Shown here: piece by piece, positions 28,991-38,853 of the stretch
How positions within the stretch are numbered: position 1 is the stretch's first letter
Layout: each line of letters starts with the position of its first letter
Source: Candidatus Hydrogenedentota bacterium
GTDB taxonomy: Bacteria > Hydrogenedentota > Hydrogenedentia > Hydrogenedentales > JAEUWI01
Length of the DNA stretch: 48,069 bases
Assembly (NCBI GenBank): GCA_034669905.1
Contig: JAXMOL010000056.1
Coordinates: 1-48,069, forward strand
Reading direction: 5' to 3'
Position numbers and translations under genes: made by a program
Notes under the pieces: model-generated
Seen by the model: only the letters and a program-made list of their open reading frames with translations
Databases searched by the model: none
Told to the model about the DNA's origin: nothing

Positions 28991-29332
28991 ATGGCGTTTG
29001 ACGAAGGACTGGCATCTCGGCTCGAAGAAATCATCACCCGTGACTTTGTGCATGTGGGCGGCCTGACGGAGACCCGCATGTTCGGCGGCTTTGGCTATTT
29101 GCTGAACGGCAACATGTGCATTGGCATCCACAAAGACACCTTGATCGTCCGTGTTGGGGTGGATGTGGCCCCTACTTTGATCGCCGAAGACGGCGTTCGC
29201 CCTATGGACCTGACCGGCCGGGTGATGAAGGGCTGGGCGACGGTGGAGCCAGAAGGCCTGGAGGAGGATGGGGATTTGAGGCGGTTTTGTCAGCATGCCA
29301 TCGACTTTGTGAGCGAATTGCCGCCAAAGTGA
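28991..29332 (+). CDS. TfoX/Sxy N-terminal domain protein
   Basis: MAFDEGLA...RMFGGFGYLLNGNMCIG...LIVRVG...MDLTGRVMKGW; GGGAG RBS. Confidence 0.9.
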   Translation: MAFDEGLASRLEEIITRDFVHVGGLTETRMFGGFGYLLNGNMCIGIHKDTLIVRVGVDVAPTLIAEDGVRPMDLTGRVMKGWATVEPEGLEEDGDLRRFCQHAIDFVSELPPK

Positions 29333-29594
29333 AGTTTGAAGGGTGAAATGTTAAAGGACGAAAAGGGCAGCCCGTTGTCTGTTACACGTGCTTCGAAGAA
29401 TGCCATTGTCCACTGAACGGACCACGAGGAATCTGGATTCCGAATCGGTTACCCCTATTCACCGAGTTTTCCGGGGAACTCTGTCCTTTTGGTCCTTTTC
29501 GTCATTCAGGTCCTTTCCCCCCAAAATTATCGCCCCGCGCCGATAACCGCGTATAATAGCCGTCACGCAACACCAAACCTCCAGTGGAATTGCC

Positions 29595-30278
29595 ATGCCC
29601 CCCACCACGGCCCCCGATAGCACCGAGACCACGGTCCGGATGAACGAGATCTACTGCAGCGTCCAGGGCGAAAGCACCTGGGCCGGGCTGCCGTGCGTGT
29701 TTATCCGTCTGGCCCGGTGCAATATGCGGTGCCGCTGGTGCGATACGACCTATAGTTTTTATGGGGGCGACAACCAGACGATCGGGGCTATCCTCGCGCA
29801 GGTGGCGTCCTTCGGCGTGCCCCTGGTGGAGCTGACCGGGGGCGAGCCCCTGGCCCAGAAGTCGTGTATTCCCCTGGCGGAAGCGTTGTTGGATGCAGGG
29901 TACACGGTGCTCATCGAGACGAGTGGTTCCCTGCCCATCAACACCTTGCCCGATGCTGTCGTGCGCATCATGGATCTCAAATGCCCCGACAGCGACATGA
30001 GCAAACACAATGACTGGTCGAACATCGACTACCTTCAGCCCGACCGGGACGAAGTGAAGTTTGTGATTGCGAGTCGGCGGGATTATGAATGGAGCCGGGA
30101 TGTGGTGAGGCAGTATAATCTCACCGAACGGTGTAAGGCCGTGCTCTTTTCTCCGGTCTTCGGGGAAGTGGAGCCCAAGGACATCGTGGACTGGATGTTG
30201 GAAGACGATTTGAACGCCGTGCGCTTCCAGTTGCAGATGCACAAGTTTATCTGGCCCCCCGACGAACGGGGTGTCTAG
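29595..30278 (+). CDS. queE: 7-carboxy-7-deazaguanine synthase (radical SAM)
   Basis: EIYCSVQGES..AG.PCVFIRL, CNMRCRWCDT, TGGEP, IETSG, QLQMHKFIW. Confidence 0.93.
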   Translation: MPPTTAPDSTETTVRMNEIYCSVQGESTWAGLPCVFIRLARCNMRCRWCDTTYSFYGGDNQTIGAILAQVASFGVPLVELTGGEPLAQKSCIPLAEALLDAGYTVLIETSGSLPINTLPDAVVRIMDLKCPDSDMSKHNDWSNIDYLQPDRDEVKFVIASRRDYEWSRDVVRQYNLTERCKAVLFSPVFGEVEPKDIVDWMLEDDLNAVRFQLQMHKFIWPPDERGV

Positions 30279-30341
30279 CGGTACACCTGGAAGATGAAGG
30301 ATGACACCCTGCGCTCCGCGTTCGCGTGGAGTACCGACTAA

Positions 30342-30423
30342 TTCCCCTCCCAAGTGGGAGAAGGGGTGGGTTTGCGACGTTGACCGAAGCCCGACCCACC
30401 TCCAGCCCCTCCAAGGAGGGGAG
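30342..30423. repeat. CCCCTCC/GGAGGGG palindromic REP-like element inside the que cluster
   Basis: Nested inverted repeats. 30402-30423 matches 12635-12656 at 21 of 22 positions. Confidence 0.7.
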
Positions 30424-30510
30424 TACAATCTGAAATCCGTCGCGGCTTTCGCGCTGAATGCAATGAACCATCTGGATGAACCAGATCACGCGCGCACAAG
30501 AGGTAACTCC

Positions 30511-31212
30511 TTGGAATTCAATCTCACAAAAATTGCCTATGTGGAAGCGGCCCACCGCAACCCGGCGGGCAACGCAAAGCAACAACGCCTTCACGGCCAC
30601 AGCTACAAGGTCGAAATTCTTGCGAAGGGCGACGTGGACCCCGATGTGGGTTGGATTGTGGACTACACGGCCCTCAAAGATCTCTTTCGCGATCTCTATG
30701 ACCAGTTGGATCACGTGACGCTGAATGACGTGCCCGGTTTGGAAGACGACACGACGGTGCCCGCATTGGAGCGCTGGATCGATGCCCGGATTGCCCACAA
30801 GCCCGCCTGGTACGACGGCGTGCGCGTGACGATTGATGGCGACCTCGACTTTGTGCCGGTGCGGCTACCGGCTTTGCCGGCGGAGAAGTTGCCGGAGCGG
30901 ATTCAGTTCAGCTTTGAAGCGGCCCAGTCGCTGCCCCAGTTGCCCGCGGCACACCCGTGCCACTGTATTCATGGTCACAGCTACCGCTTTGAAGTGGGCA
31001 GCACCGATCTGGATGCGCTTGAGGGCCACCTTCGGGCCATGTACGACGAACTGGACCACACGTTCCTGAATGAAATTCCCGGGCTGGAGTGCGCCACCTG
31101 CGAGCGCATCTGCAAGTGGGTGTGGGATCGCCTCGTGGCCGTGGGCGAATCGCCGACTGCGGTGGTGGTCCAGGAAACCTACACGGCCCGCTGCATTTAC
31201 TTCGGCCAATAA
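30511..31212 (+). CDS. queD: Tandem two-domain 6-carboxy-5,6,7,8-tetrahydropterin synthase (QueD/PTPS)
   Basis: Two successive EAA(H/Q)...HGHSY...LDH..LN..PGLE T-fold units. TTG start at 30511 with AGAGG RBS; the upstream part of the listed ORF runs through a REP. Confidence 0.88.
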   Translation: MEFNLTKIAYVEAAHRNPAGNAKQQRLHGHSYKVEILAKGDVDPDVGWIVDYTALKDLFRDLYDQLDHVTLNDVPGLEDDTTVPALERWIDARIAHKPAWYDGVRVTIDGDLDFVPVRLPALPAEKLPERIQFSFEAAQSLPQLPAAHPCHCIHGHSYRFEVGSTDLDALEGHLRAMYDELDHTFLNEIPGLECATCERICKWVWDRLVAVGESPTAVVVQETYTARCIYFGQ

Positions 31213-31226
31213 CCCACGGAAATATG

Positions 31227-31682
31227 ATGATGGAAAACCCGACACCCGCCAAAGAACAATTCAAGGCCGAAGACAAGATGCTGCCCTTCAAGGGGCCTGA
31301 GGCCATTGAGTCTCACCTGCTGGAGTGCTTCCCCTACGAATACGCCGACAAGCCCTATGGCCAGGCCATGGAAATCGAGACCGAGACCGATGAGTTCACC
31401 TCGGTCTGTCCTTTCTCCGGCTTGCCCGATTTCGCGGTAGTGCGTATCAGCTATACGCCCGATAAAGATTGCCTGGAACTGCGTGCGCTGAAGTACTATC
31501 TGCTTTCTTATCGCGACGTGGGTATCTGGTATGAACACCTGGTGAACCGCATGCTCGAAGATCTGGTCAAGGCCTGTAAGCCCCGGGCGATGACGATTGA
31601 GATTACGTGCAATCCCCGGGGGGGATTATCCAGCACGGTGACGGCCGCCTATGACAAGGCTCGGATGGGCGAACTCACCTGA
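31227..31682 (+). CDS. queF: NADPH-dependent preQ0 reductase, unimodular type
   Basis: EFTSVCPFSGLPDFA, CLELRALKYYL, YEHL, PRGG. The start could be 31224, 31227 or 31230. Confidence 0.92.
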   Translation: MMENPTPAKEQFKAEDKMLPFKGPEAIESHLLECFPYEYADKPYGQAMEIETETDEFTSVCPFSGLPDFAVVRISYTPDKDCLELRALKYYLLSYRDVGIWYEHLVNRMLEDLVKACKPRAMTIEITCNPRGGLSSTVTAAYDKARMGELT

Positions 31683-31793
31683 GTATCATGTGGGGCCGAA
31701 TGACGGGGGTGGAGCGACGCTGCAAATCGCGGGGAATCCCGGTATACTGACATTCTCGGGTAGTTAAGCCGCGATCAGAAACGAGGTGTTGTT

Positions 31794-34700
31794 GTGCTCC
31801 CTGTTTTCCCTGTCTCCCCCCACCTTCCCCGGTGCAGGCGTCCCGTATTGCTGCTGGTGCTCAGTCTCTGCGGGCTGTGGCCTGGTCTGGTGGAGGGGGC
31901 CGAGCAATGGAGCTTCCAGCAGATCGCGATTCCGGGCGGGGGGCCCGTGGGGCACGTCAGCAACGTGGTGGAGGCGGAAGACGGCGCCATCTGGGTCGCG
32001 ACCTGGGGCGAAGGCGTCCATCGCATCCAAGGTACGGATTGGACGACCTTCACGGAAGCCGAGGGCTTGCCCGATGACTGGACGCGCCACATTTCGGCTG
32101 CGCCGGGCGGGGGCGTATGGGTGAGCACGGGGGATGGCCTGGCCCATATCCAGCACAACACCGTGACGGTGCTGAACCCTTCCAATACACCGGCCCTCCC
32201 GGAGGCCGACATTGCCTTTGCGAAATCCCTGCCCGATGGACGTCTTTTCGTGGGCACCTTTCAGGGGTGGTTTCTGGGGCACACCCCGACCGATCCGGCG
32301 ACACCGGATTATCAGACGGGTTGGACGACCCTGGCGACGCCGTTGCGCGAACGGCGCAACACGGTTTCCGATATGGTTGAAGTGACACCCGGCCGGTACC
32401 TGGTGTCGTTGCGGGATCGACGTCTGGCCTGGTTAACGGAGGGCGCTTTGCAATACCTTCCAGAGGGGGCCTCGGAGCGCTGGTATTGCCTGTATGTGGC
32501 GCGGGAAGGCGGCGCTACCTTGGTGTGGGCGGCTGCGCGGGAAGGCAGGGGCCTGCGTGTCTATGATGGTACGCAATGGAACGAGCGTGGGCCGATTCCG
32601 TCGGAAACTTTCATGTTGGGGCAGGACGACTACGGCACTTTCTACGCTGCCACCGAGCTGGGCTTCTATCGGCGGGTGGGCGAAGAATGGTCCCCCGTGA
32701 CGTTGAGCCCTGAGCTCGGAAGTCCGACCCTGCGTAGCCTGTTAATGGCGCGGGATGGATCCGTCTGGTTGGGGGGCAACGAAGGATTGATCCGGGGGGT
32801 GCCCCTGCCGTGGGTGGCGCTTGGACAATCAGAAGAGGCTGTGGTGGGCTTGCTGCCCCGGGCCTCGGAAGAGGAGCCGGTTTACGCACTGGGTGAAGGG
32901 GGCAGCGTTTACCACAACGTTTCCGGCCGGTGGCTTCGTCGGTGTCGATTGGCCGGTTGGCCGTCGGTCGAATTCTCCCCGTCCAATGCCATCTGGCTCA
33001 GCGATGGACAACGTTGGAAAGGCCGTGACGGAGAAGATTGCTGGATGATGGTGCGGAATGGGGTCCTCCACCTGATCTACAAGTACCGGTATTCCCGCTA
33101 TGAGCTGACGGATGGGGCCTTGCTTTCCCAAGTGACTATCCCCCCTTTGGAGCCACCGAGTGATCGATATTTTCTAACCACGGATGAGGCCTTGTGGGGG
33201 CTTTCGGAGTCGGGTCTCTATCGATGGGACGGTTCCTGGGAAGTCATCCTGCCGGTGGTGGGAACGGGTCGTGGCTGGGTCAATGTGGTGTTGCAGACGG
33301 GCCCGGATGAATTCTGGATTGGCCTGGAGTCCGGGGGAATCGTGCGCCAGCGCGGCACCGCGCGCGAGTTTTTCGGGGAGGCCGATGGGATCGATACGGC
33401 CGATGCCATCAATCATGCGTGCATGGCGCGAGACGGGGATATCTGGTTTGCCAGTGTGGGGTCCGGCCTGTACCACTATGACGGCGAGGGGTTCACCCAC
33501 TACAGCAAGCGGGATGGCTTGCGGAGTAATTCGGTGCGCACCGTCTACGAAGCGCAGGACGGTGCGATTTGGGTCGCCTATCGAGGTTCCGGGGTGTCGG
33601 TGTATCGGTTCGGACGCTGGGTTCACTACGGCACACAGAGCGGACTTCCCAATACGGCGGCGTTGCGTTTTGCGGAAAGTGGGGATGGTAGCTTGTGGAT
33701 TGGTGCCTACGATGGCCAATTGTACCGCTACCAGCGCGATATCCAGGAACCTGATACGGCGATTCGTCTGGGGCCCAGCGAGGTGGGGCCTTACGGCGTG
33801 GGCATTTTTTCGTTCACCGGGCGTGATGCCTGGGACCTGACCGCAGCGCGGGAGCTGTTCTATTCCTGGCGCGTAGTTCCGGAAGGGGGCGCCCAGGGCG
33901 ATTCCATCCCGTGGTCCTTTTTCTCAGAAGCAACGACCGTGGCCACTCCGGCACTGGCGCCGGGAACCTATCAATTTGAGGTGCGCAGCTCCGATGAACA
34001 TGGCAATGTGGACAGTACGCCGGCCACCCGTGTATTTGAGGTTGTACCGCCTTTCTGGATAAAGCCCATTTTTCTGGTCCCGGTACTTTGTTCCCTGGTA
34101 CTGGCAGTGATCGCGCTTATCGCCCGCTATCGCAGCCACCGTGCGCTGCGCCTCTCGGAGCAGGCCCTGCGAAGCGAGGTCGAAGTCCGCAAGCAGGCCG
34201 AAGCCTCTCTGGAGGCGCACCGGGATCAACTGGAGGACACGGTTGCGACACGGACCGCGGAGTTGAAGGCCGCCCAGCAAGCGTTAATTCAGAAGGATCG
34301 TTTGGCGACCCTCGGGCAATTGACGGCCACGGTGAGCCACGAATTGCGGAACCCATTGGGGACTATTCAGAGCTCGCTGTATACCATTGAAAAGCGGGTG
34401 CATGGTGCTGGCCTGAATCTGGAGCGGGTCATTGAGCGGACGGTGCGCAGCATACGTCGGTGCAACAATATTATTGAAGAGATGCTCGACTATACCCGTT
34501 CGCAGAAAGTGGTATTGAAGAAGGTGCCATTGGATGACTGGCTGACCGTAACACTGGAGGAAATGAGTCTTCCCGAAGGTATTCGGTTGGAGTTGCGGCT
34601 TCAAACCCGCATGGCGATCTCCATCGATACCGAGCGGATGCGGCGCGTATTCGTCAATCTGGTGGACAACAGCATTCAGGCAATGGAACCCCAGTCGTCG

Positions 34701-34982
34701 GAGAAAATCATCCGGGTATCGGCCGAGTGCGGTCCCAACGGGGTCGCAATCCGTCTGGAAGACACGGGACCGGGCATCCGGGAAGAGGTAATGGCCCATA
34801 TTTTCGAGCCGATGTTTTCCACCAAGAACTTTGGTGTGGGGCTGGGTACGAACATCGTGAAGAACATTATCGACCGTCACGATGGTACGATTCACTACGA
34901 GAACAATCCCGAGGGCGGTGCCCGTGTGGTGATTACCTTGCCGTCCGACGATCCGCCGGGCGAGGAAGCCGGTCAGCCGTAG
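31794..34982 (+). CDS. Sensor histidine kinase with periplasmic Reg_prop beta-propeller and Y_Y_Y domains
   Basis: Repeats EAEDGAIWVAT / DGDIWF / DGSLWIG, LAPGTYQFEVRS, one TM, H-box VSHELRNPL, N-box NLVDNS, DTGPGI, FEPMFSTK, GLG. Confidence 0.92.
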   Translation: MLPVFPVSPHLPRCRRPVLLLVLSLCGLWPGLVEGAEQWSFQQIAIPGGGPVGHVSNVVEAEDGAIWVATWGEGVHRIQGTDWTTFTEAEGLPDDWTRHISAAPGGGVWVSTGDGLAHIQHNTVTVLNPSNTPALPEADIAFAKSLPDGRLFVGTFQGWFLGHTPTDPATPDYQTGWTTLATPLRERRNTVSDMVEVTPGRYLVSLRDRRLAWLTEGALQYLPEGASERWYCLYVAREGGATLVWAAAREGRGLRVYDGTQWNERGPIPSETFMLGQDDYGTFYAATELGFYRRVGEEWSPVTLSPELGSPTLRSLLMARDGSVWLGGNEGLIRGVPLPWVALGQSEEAVVGLLPRASEEEPVYALGEGGSVYHNVSGRWLRRCRLAGWPSVEFSPSNAIWLSDGQRWKGRDGEDCWMMVRNGVLHLIYKYRYSRYELTDGALLSQVTIPPLEPPSDRYFLTTDEALWGLSESGLYRWDGSWEVILPVVGTGRGWVNVVLQTGPDEFWIGLESGGIVRQRGTAREFFGEADGIDTADAINHACMARDGDIWFASVGSGLYHYDGEGFTHYSKRDGLRSNSVRTVYEAQDGAIWVAYRGSGVSVYRFGRWVHYGTQSGLPNTAALRFAESGDGSLWIGAYDGQLYRYQRDIQEPDTAIRLGPSEVGPYGVGIFSFTGRDAWDLTAARELFYSWRVVPEGGAQGDSIPWSFFSEATTVATPALAPGTYQFEVRSSDEHGNVDSTPATRVFEVVPPFWIKPIFLVPVLCSLVLAVIALIARYRSHRALRLSEQALRSEVEVRKQAEASLEAHRDQLEDTVATRTAELKAAQQALIQKDRLATLGQLTATVSHELRNPLGTIQSSLYTIEKRVHGAGLNLERVIERTVRSIRRCNNIIEEMLDYTRSQKVVLKKVPLDDWLTVTLEEMSLPEGIRLELRLQTRMAISIDTERMRRVFVNLVDNSIQAMEPQSSEKIIRVSAECGPNGVAIRLEDTGPGIREEVMAHIFEPMFSTKNFGVGLGTNIVKNIIDRHDGTIHYENNPEGGARVVITLPSDDPPGEEAGQP

Positions 34983-35656
34983 GGCAAGGGATCCCGGACA
35001 TGGTTGGCGGCGAAGGCGTTCAGGCGCTCGACGCAGGTGGGGCAGGTGCCACAGGCCGCCTCTCCGCCGCGGTAGCAGCTCCAGGTTTGTGCGAAATCTA
35101 CGTTGAGCTCCTGACCCCGTTTCAGGGTCTCCGCCTTGGAGAAGCCCACAAAGGGTGCCCGTACCGTGACGTGGGCCTTTCGATTCAGGGCCAGCACCTG
35201 GTTGATGTGTTCCAGAAACGCGGGTGTGCAGTCCCAGTAGCCGTATTCGTCTTGCGCCTGGGCACCGTAATAGACTTCGCTGACGTGGTGTGCCTCGGCA
35301 TAGGCGGCCGCCATGGAAAGCAACATCATATTCCGGTTGGGCACGTAGGTCGGTGGCTGGGTGAGTTCCTCGGCCGTGAGGGTATCCAGATCGGGCACCT
35401 CCTGTCCCCCTGTGATCAGTGCGGAGCCCGCCTGTAGCAAGCTGCCCATGAAGGTAAGATCCATAACCCGATGGACCGCATGGGTTGCCCGTGCCTGGAA
35501 TGCGGCACACTGCAACTCGCGGCTGTGGCGCTGGCCGTAATTGAAGCTCAGGGCGTGGAGTGGGGCCCCCTGGCACTTCTGGGCGACGTGATGGAGCAGA
35601 ACGGTGGAGTCCAGTCCGCCACTCAAAAGCACGACAGCAGGTTGGTGCGTATTCAT
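34973..35656 (-). CDS. queC: 7-cyano-7-deazaguanine synthase
   Basis: LLSGGLDS PP-loop, FNYGQRH, YVPNRN, DCTP, TWSCY...CGTCPTC zinc site. Confidence 0.96.
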   Translation of the reverse strand: MNTHQPAVVLLSGGLDSTVLLHHVAQKCQGAPLHALSFNYGQRHSRELQCAAFQARATHAVHRVMDLTFMGSLLQAGSALITGGQEVPDLDTLTAEELTQPPTYVPNRNMMLLSMAAAYAEAHHVSEVYYGAQAQDEYGYWDCTPAFLEHINQVLALNRKAHVTVRAPFVGFSKAETLKRGQELNVDFAQTWSCYRGGEAACGTCPTCVERLNAFAANHVRDPLPYG

Positions 35657-35884
35657 AGGAATCTCCCGGGTAGCAAGGCGCGCGTATTGTAGCGCACCGT
35701 GCGCCCGGAAAGCATGCTGATTTTGTTGGGCCCCCGTTACGATACGGTTGGCTTGGTATCCCGGGGTCAGGGTGGTGTAGGCTAGATTGATTCCTTGTGT
35801 CCACCGCTACCGGCACAGGGCCGATGTCATCCCGTTGCAGCACGTTTGCAGATAGCATGACCCCCGTAGGGGAGGAGCACGATC

Positions 35885-37147
35885 ATGATTTTTCGCCTGA
35901 TAGTTGGTCTCGTTACCTTGAGTTCGGTCTTGGGGGCCTGGGGGGAAGCCCAGTGGTATAAGGGGGCGACCCACCTTCACAGCCTGTGGAGCGACGGAAA
36001 CGCCGCGCCGGAACATATTGTTCAGTGGTATCTGGATCAGGGCTGGGATTTCGTGTGTCCGTCTGATCACAACGTGCTGATGGAAGGCGAGCGCTATGTG
36101 AAGATTACGGAAAACGGTAAGCTCACCGAGGAGCGGGTGGCGGCACTCCAGAACCAGTTTGGCGAAGATTGGGTGACCATTCGGGAGGGCCAGGGCGGTG
36201 TGAAAGAGATGCGGCTCAAGACCCTCGCCGATTTACGGGCGCACTTCGAGCAGCCTGGGAAGTTTACGCTGATTCAGGCGGAGGAAATGACGACCCTGGG
36301 CGGCAACCCCCACATTAACGCGCTGAACCTGCGCGAGCCGGTGGCCGGCCTCAAAAACGAGGGCGAAAAGTCGGCGCTGATTCAGCACTACCTCGACACC
36401 TTGAAGGCCCAGAGTGAAAAGTACCAGGTGCCCATGATCGCCCACGTTAACCACATTAACTTTGCCGACCGCATTACGACCGAAGAAATGCTCCAGGTGA
36501 AGGGACTCTACTTCTTTGAAGTCTACAACGGCCATCCGTCGGTGCATAGCTGGGGCGAAGCGGACAAGGGGATTCCCTCCCACGAACGTCACTGGGATGT
36601 CATTCTTTCCATGAAACTTCGCCGTGATCCGGGTTATTTGCTCTATGGGGTGGCGACGGACGACAGCCATGAATACTTCAACTTTGGCGTGGGTAAATCC
36701 AACGCCGGTCGGGGCTGGGTTATGGTGCGCTCGGAGAAACTGGAAGCCAACGCCCTCGTGGCGGCCATGCAGCGGGGCGACTTCTATGGCAGCACGGGCA
36801 TCACGCTGAAGGATGTGCGTGCCAACGGAAAATCCCTGGGCGTCTCCATCGCCGGTGAGGCGGGCGTGAACTACACCACCCAGTATATCGGCACGCGCAA
36901 GGGCTTTGATACGAGCACGAAGCCCCAGCTGGACGCCGACGGAAAGCCCCTTCCCCGGAGTTCCCTGTTATACAGCGATGATATCGGTACGGTGCTTCAT
37001 GAGACCACCGACCTGGAGTCGACCTATACCTTCACGGGCGACGAGCTTTACGTGCGTGCCCGGGTGGTCTCCGATGTGCTGCAGGACAATCCCCACGAAG
37101 CCGGGGATTATGAAATGGCGTGGGTCCAGCCGGTACTTCCCCAATGA
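35885..37147 (+). CDS. Secreted PHP-family metallohydrolase (histidinol-phosphatase-like), paralog 1
   Basis: Signal peptide; WYKGATHLHSLWSDG, SDHN, AEE, HVNH, FEVYNGH, TDDSH. Confidence 0.82.
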   Translation: MIFRLIVGLVTLSSVLGAWGEAQWYKGATHLHSLWSDGNAAPEHIVQWYLDQGWDFVCPSDHNVLMEGERYVKITENGKLTEERVAALQNQFGEDWVTIREGQGGVKEMRLKTLADLRAHFEQPGKFTLIQAEEMTTLGGNPHINALNLREPVAGLKNEGEKSALIQHYLDTLKAQSEKYQVPMIAHVNHINFADRITTEEMLQVKGLYFFEVYNGHPSVHSWGEADKGIPSHERHWDVILSMKLRRDPGYLLYGVATDDSHEYFNFGVGKSNAGRGWVMVRSEKLEANALVAAMQRGDFYGSTGITLKDVRANGKSLGVSIAGEAGVNYTTQYIGTRKGFDTSTKPQLDADGKPLPRSSLLYSDDIGTVLHETTDLESTYTFTGDELYVRARVVSDVLQDNPHEAGDYEMAWVQPVLPQ

Positions 37148-37316
37148 GTTGATCGTGTAGCGTGCACGGGCTCCTGTCGTTTCGAGGGGTGTCCGTTTCC
37201 ACGTTGGCCGCCGTTTCCGAAATCGGCAGGTGCGTTGGAACCGACTGGGGCTTTCGGTTGTGGCGCGGGGTGCGCCGGGTACGCGCTGGGAAGTCAACAG
37301 ACCGAGAGGTACATGG

Positions 37317-38753
37317 ATGAAGAATCGTACATCGACCAAGGTGGTGCTGGCTCTGACGATGTTATTTGCACTCGTCGGCGAGATAGGGAGTGCTGCCCGC
37401 GCGGATGAGCTTCCAGATGCGGGATTGATGCAAGTCCTTCAACACCGCAAACTGCCTGCGACGCTTCCGTGTGAACGAATCGCCGTGGGGGGCAAAATGG
37501 GCTACAAGCCCAACATGGTAAAACTCAGCAATGGCGAGTTGCTGATGGCCAATTTTCACACCCACTACGAAACGCAAAGCGATGGGTCGATGTGCGACCA
37601 TACGGTCTTACATCGTTCTTCGGATAACGGCAAGACCTGGACTTCAAAACACTTCGATCATCTGCCGGGTAAGGAACCCTACCTTAACGTTCTGGGGGAT
37701 GTCCTGATTATGACGGCCCACATCTATCCTCCCGACATCCACGCGATTCCGGGGCGTACAACCGCCTGGCTCCACCGCTCGGAGGATGGGGGCCACACCT
37801 GGACAAGCCAGGTGCTCGATATCGATCGCATCCCGGAGAAGGTCGAGATGACCTATTCCAGCAGAAACATCATTCAGCTGGAAGATGGTTCCTACGCCCT
37901 GGGCATCGGTTGTGGGCGGGGGCGTGACTACCTTTTTATCTCCAAAGACCAAGGCAAAAACTGGGCCCCCGAAAAAATGAAGGTCTCGGGATTTGATGAC
38001 CGTGCCTACGATTGGTCGATTCTTGGGGAAGGGGTATTTTTTCGGACCGAAACAGGGCGCTTGCTGCTGCTGGCACGATGTGAACTGCGAAAGATGGAGG
38101 GTTTGGATAAGAATCTTCCGGGGCTTCCAGACTTCGATTTCAGCAACGCATCGGATATCGACCGCTACGATATCGAGATCATTTTTGAGTCGAAAGACAA
38201 CGGCAGAAGCTGGAGTCCCCATAGCGCGGTCCCTCTGGTCGGTTGCATGTATCCCTCTGTTTGCAACCTAGGCGATGGGAAGTATCTGTTGACCTTTACC
38301 AAGCGCGTGCCGAGTCATGGGTTGGAGCTGGGGGTTTATGCCTGTTTTCTGGAGGAGCAGGAGGACGGGCTCATAAAGGCCGACATTGAAAATGACGTGA
38401 TGGTCATTAGTCAACGAACTCAGCCGTATCTTCAGTCGGGGGGCGGTTTTGGAAACACGTTGCGGCTCGACGACGGCTCCTTGATCACGCCCTATTCCTA
38501 CTACCATGCCGTTCCGGAAATTGACGCCTTGATGAAGAGCGGTGAGTTTCGTAACAAGGAGGTTTATAGCCTTTACCGGGAGCGGGCTTTGCCCTACTAT
38601 CGTCGTTGGGTTACGCCCCTGACCTGGGAAAGTTTCACCAAGCAGGATCTTGCGATGCAAACCCACTGGTTTCTCGGCTGCTGCCAGGTATTGAACCTGT
38701 GCGGGCCAGCGACCGAGGTCGCCAGGTGGAATCTGGCGATGCCGGTCCAGTAA
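37317..38753 (+). CDS. Secreted BNR/Asp-box (sialidase-fold) beta-propeller protein
   Basis: Four SxDxGxxW boxes (SSDNGKTW, SEDGGHTW, SKDQGKNW, SKDNGRSW). Signal peptide from ATG 37317 with GAGAGG RBS. Confidence 0.8.
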   Translation: MKNRTSTKVVLALTMLFALVGEIGSAARADELPDAGLMQVLQHRKLPATLPCERIAVGGKMGYKPNMVKLSNGELLMANFHTHYETQSDGSMCDHTVLHRSSDNGKTWTSKHFDHLPGKEPYLNVLGDVLIMTAHIYPPDIHAIPGRTTAWLHRSEDGGHTWTSQVLDIDRIPEKVEMTYSSRNIIQLEDGSYALGIGCGRGRDYLFISKDQGKNWAPEKMKVSGFDDRAYDWSILGEGVFFRTETGRLLLLARCELRKMEGLDKNLPGLPDFDFSNASDIDRYDIEIIFESKDNGRSWSPHSAVPLVGCMYPSVCNLGDGKYLLTFTKRVPSHGLELGVYACFLEEQEDGLIKADIENDVMVISQRTQPYLQSGGGFGNTLRLDDGSLITPYSYYHAVPEIDALMKSGEFRNKEVYSLYRERALPYYRRWVTPLTWESFTKQDLAMQTHWFLGCCQVLNLCGPATEVARWNLAMPVQ

Positions 38754-38853
38754 ATGGATGGTACCCCCCTGGATACCCATTCAACGGTCCCGTAATATAA
38801 GCCCACTGTTCCGGTGTGTTTACAAACGTAGCCACAAAAAAGGACACTGCCTC

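Noticed and set aside
29500..29594. preQ1 riboswitch upstream of queE (also checked upstream of queC)
   Set aside because: No preQ1-type stem with an A-rich tail is visible, and -10 boxes lie close to both start codons.
30301..30510. 70-aa N-terminal extension of QueD
   Set aside because: It reads through a REP palindrome. TTG 30511 has an RBS and matches the start of the QueD fold.
29595..35656. 7-deazaguanine DNA-modification (dpd) island or phage cluster
   Set aside because: No dpdA/tgt-like gene, helicase or phage genes are present, and queF fits ordinary tRNA queuosine precursor synthesis.
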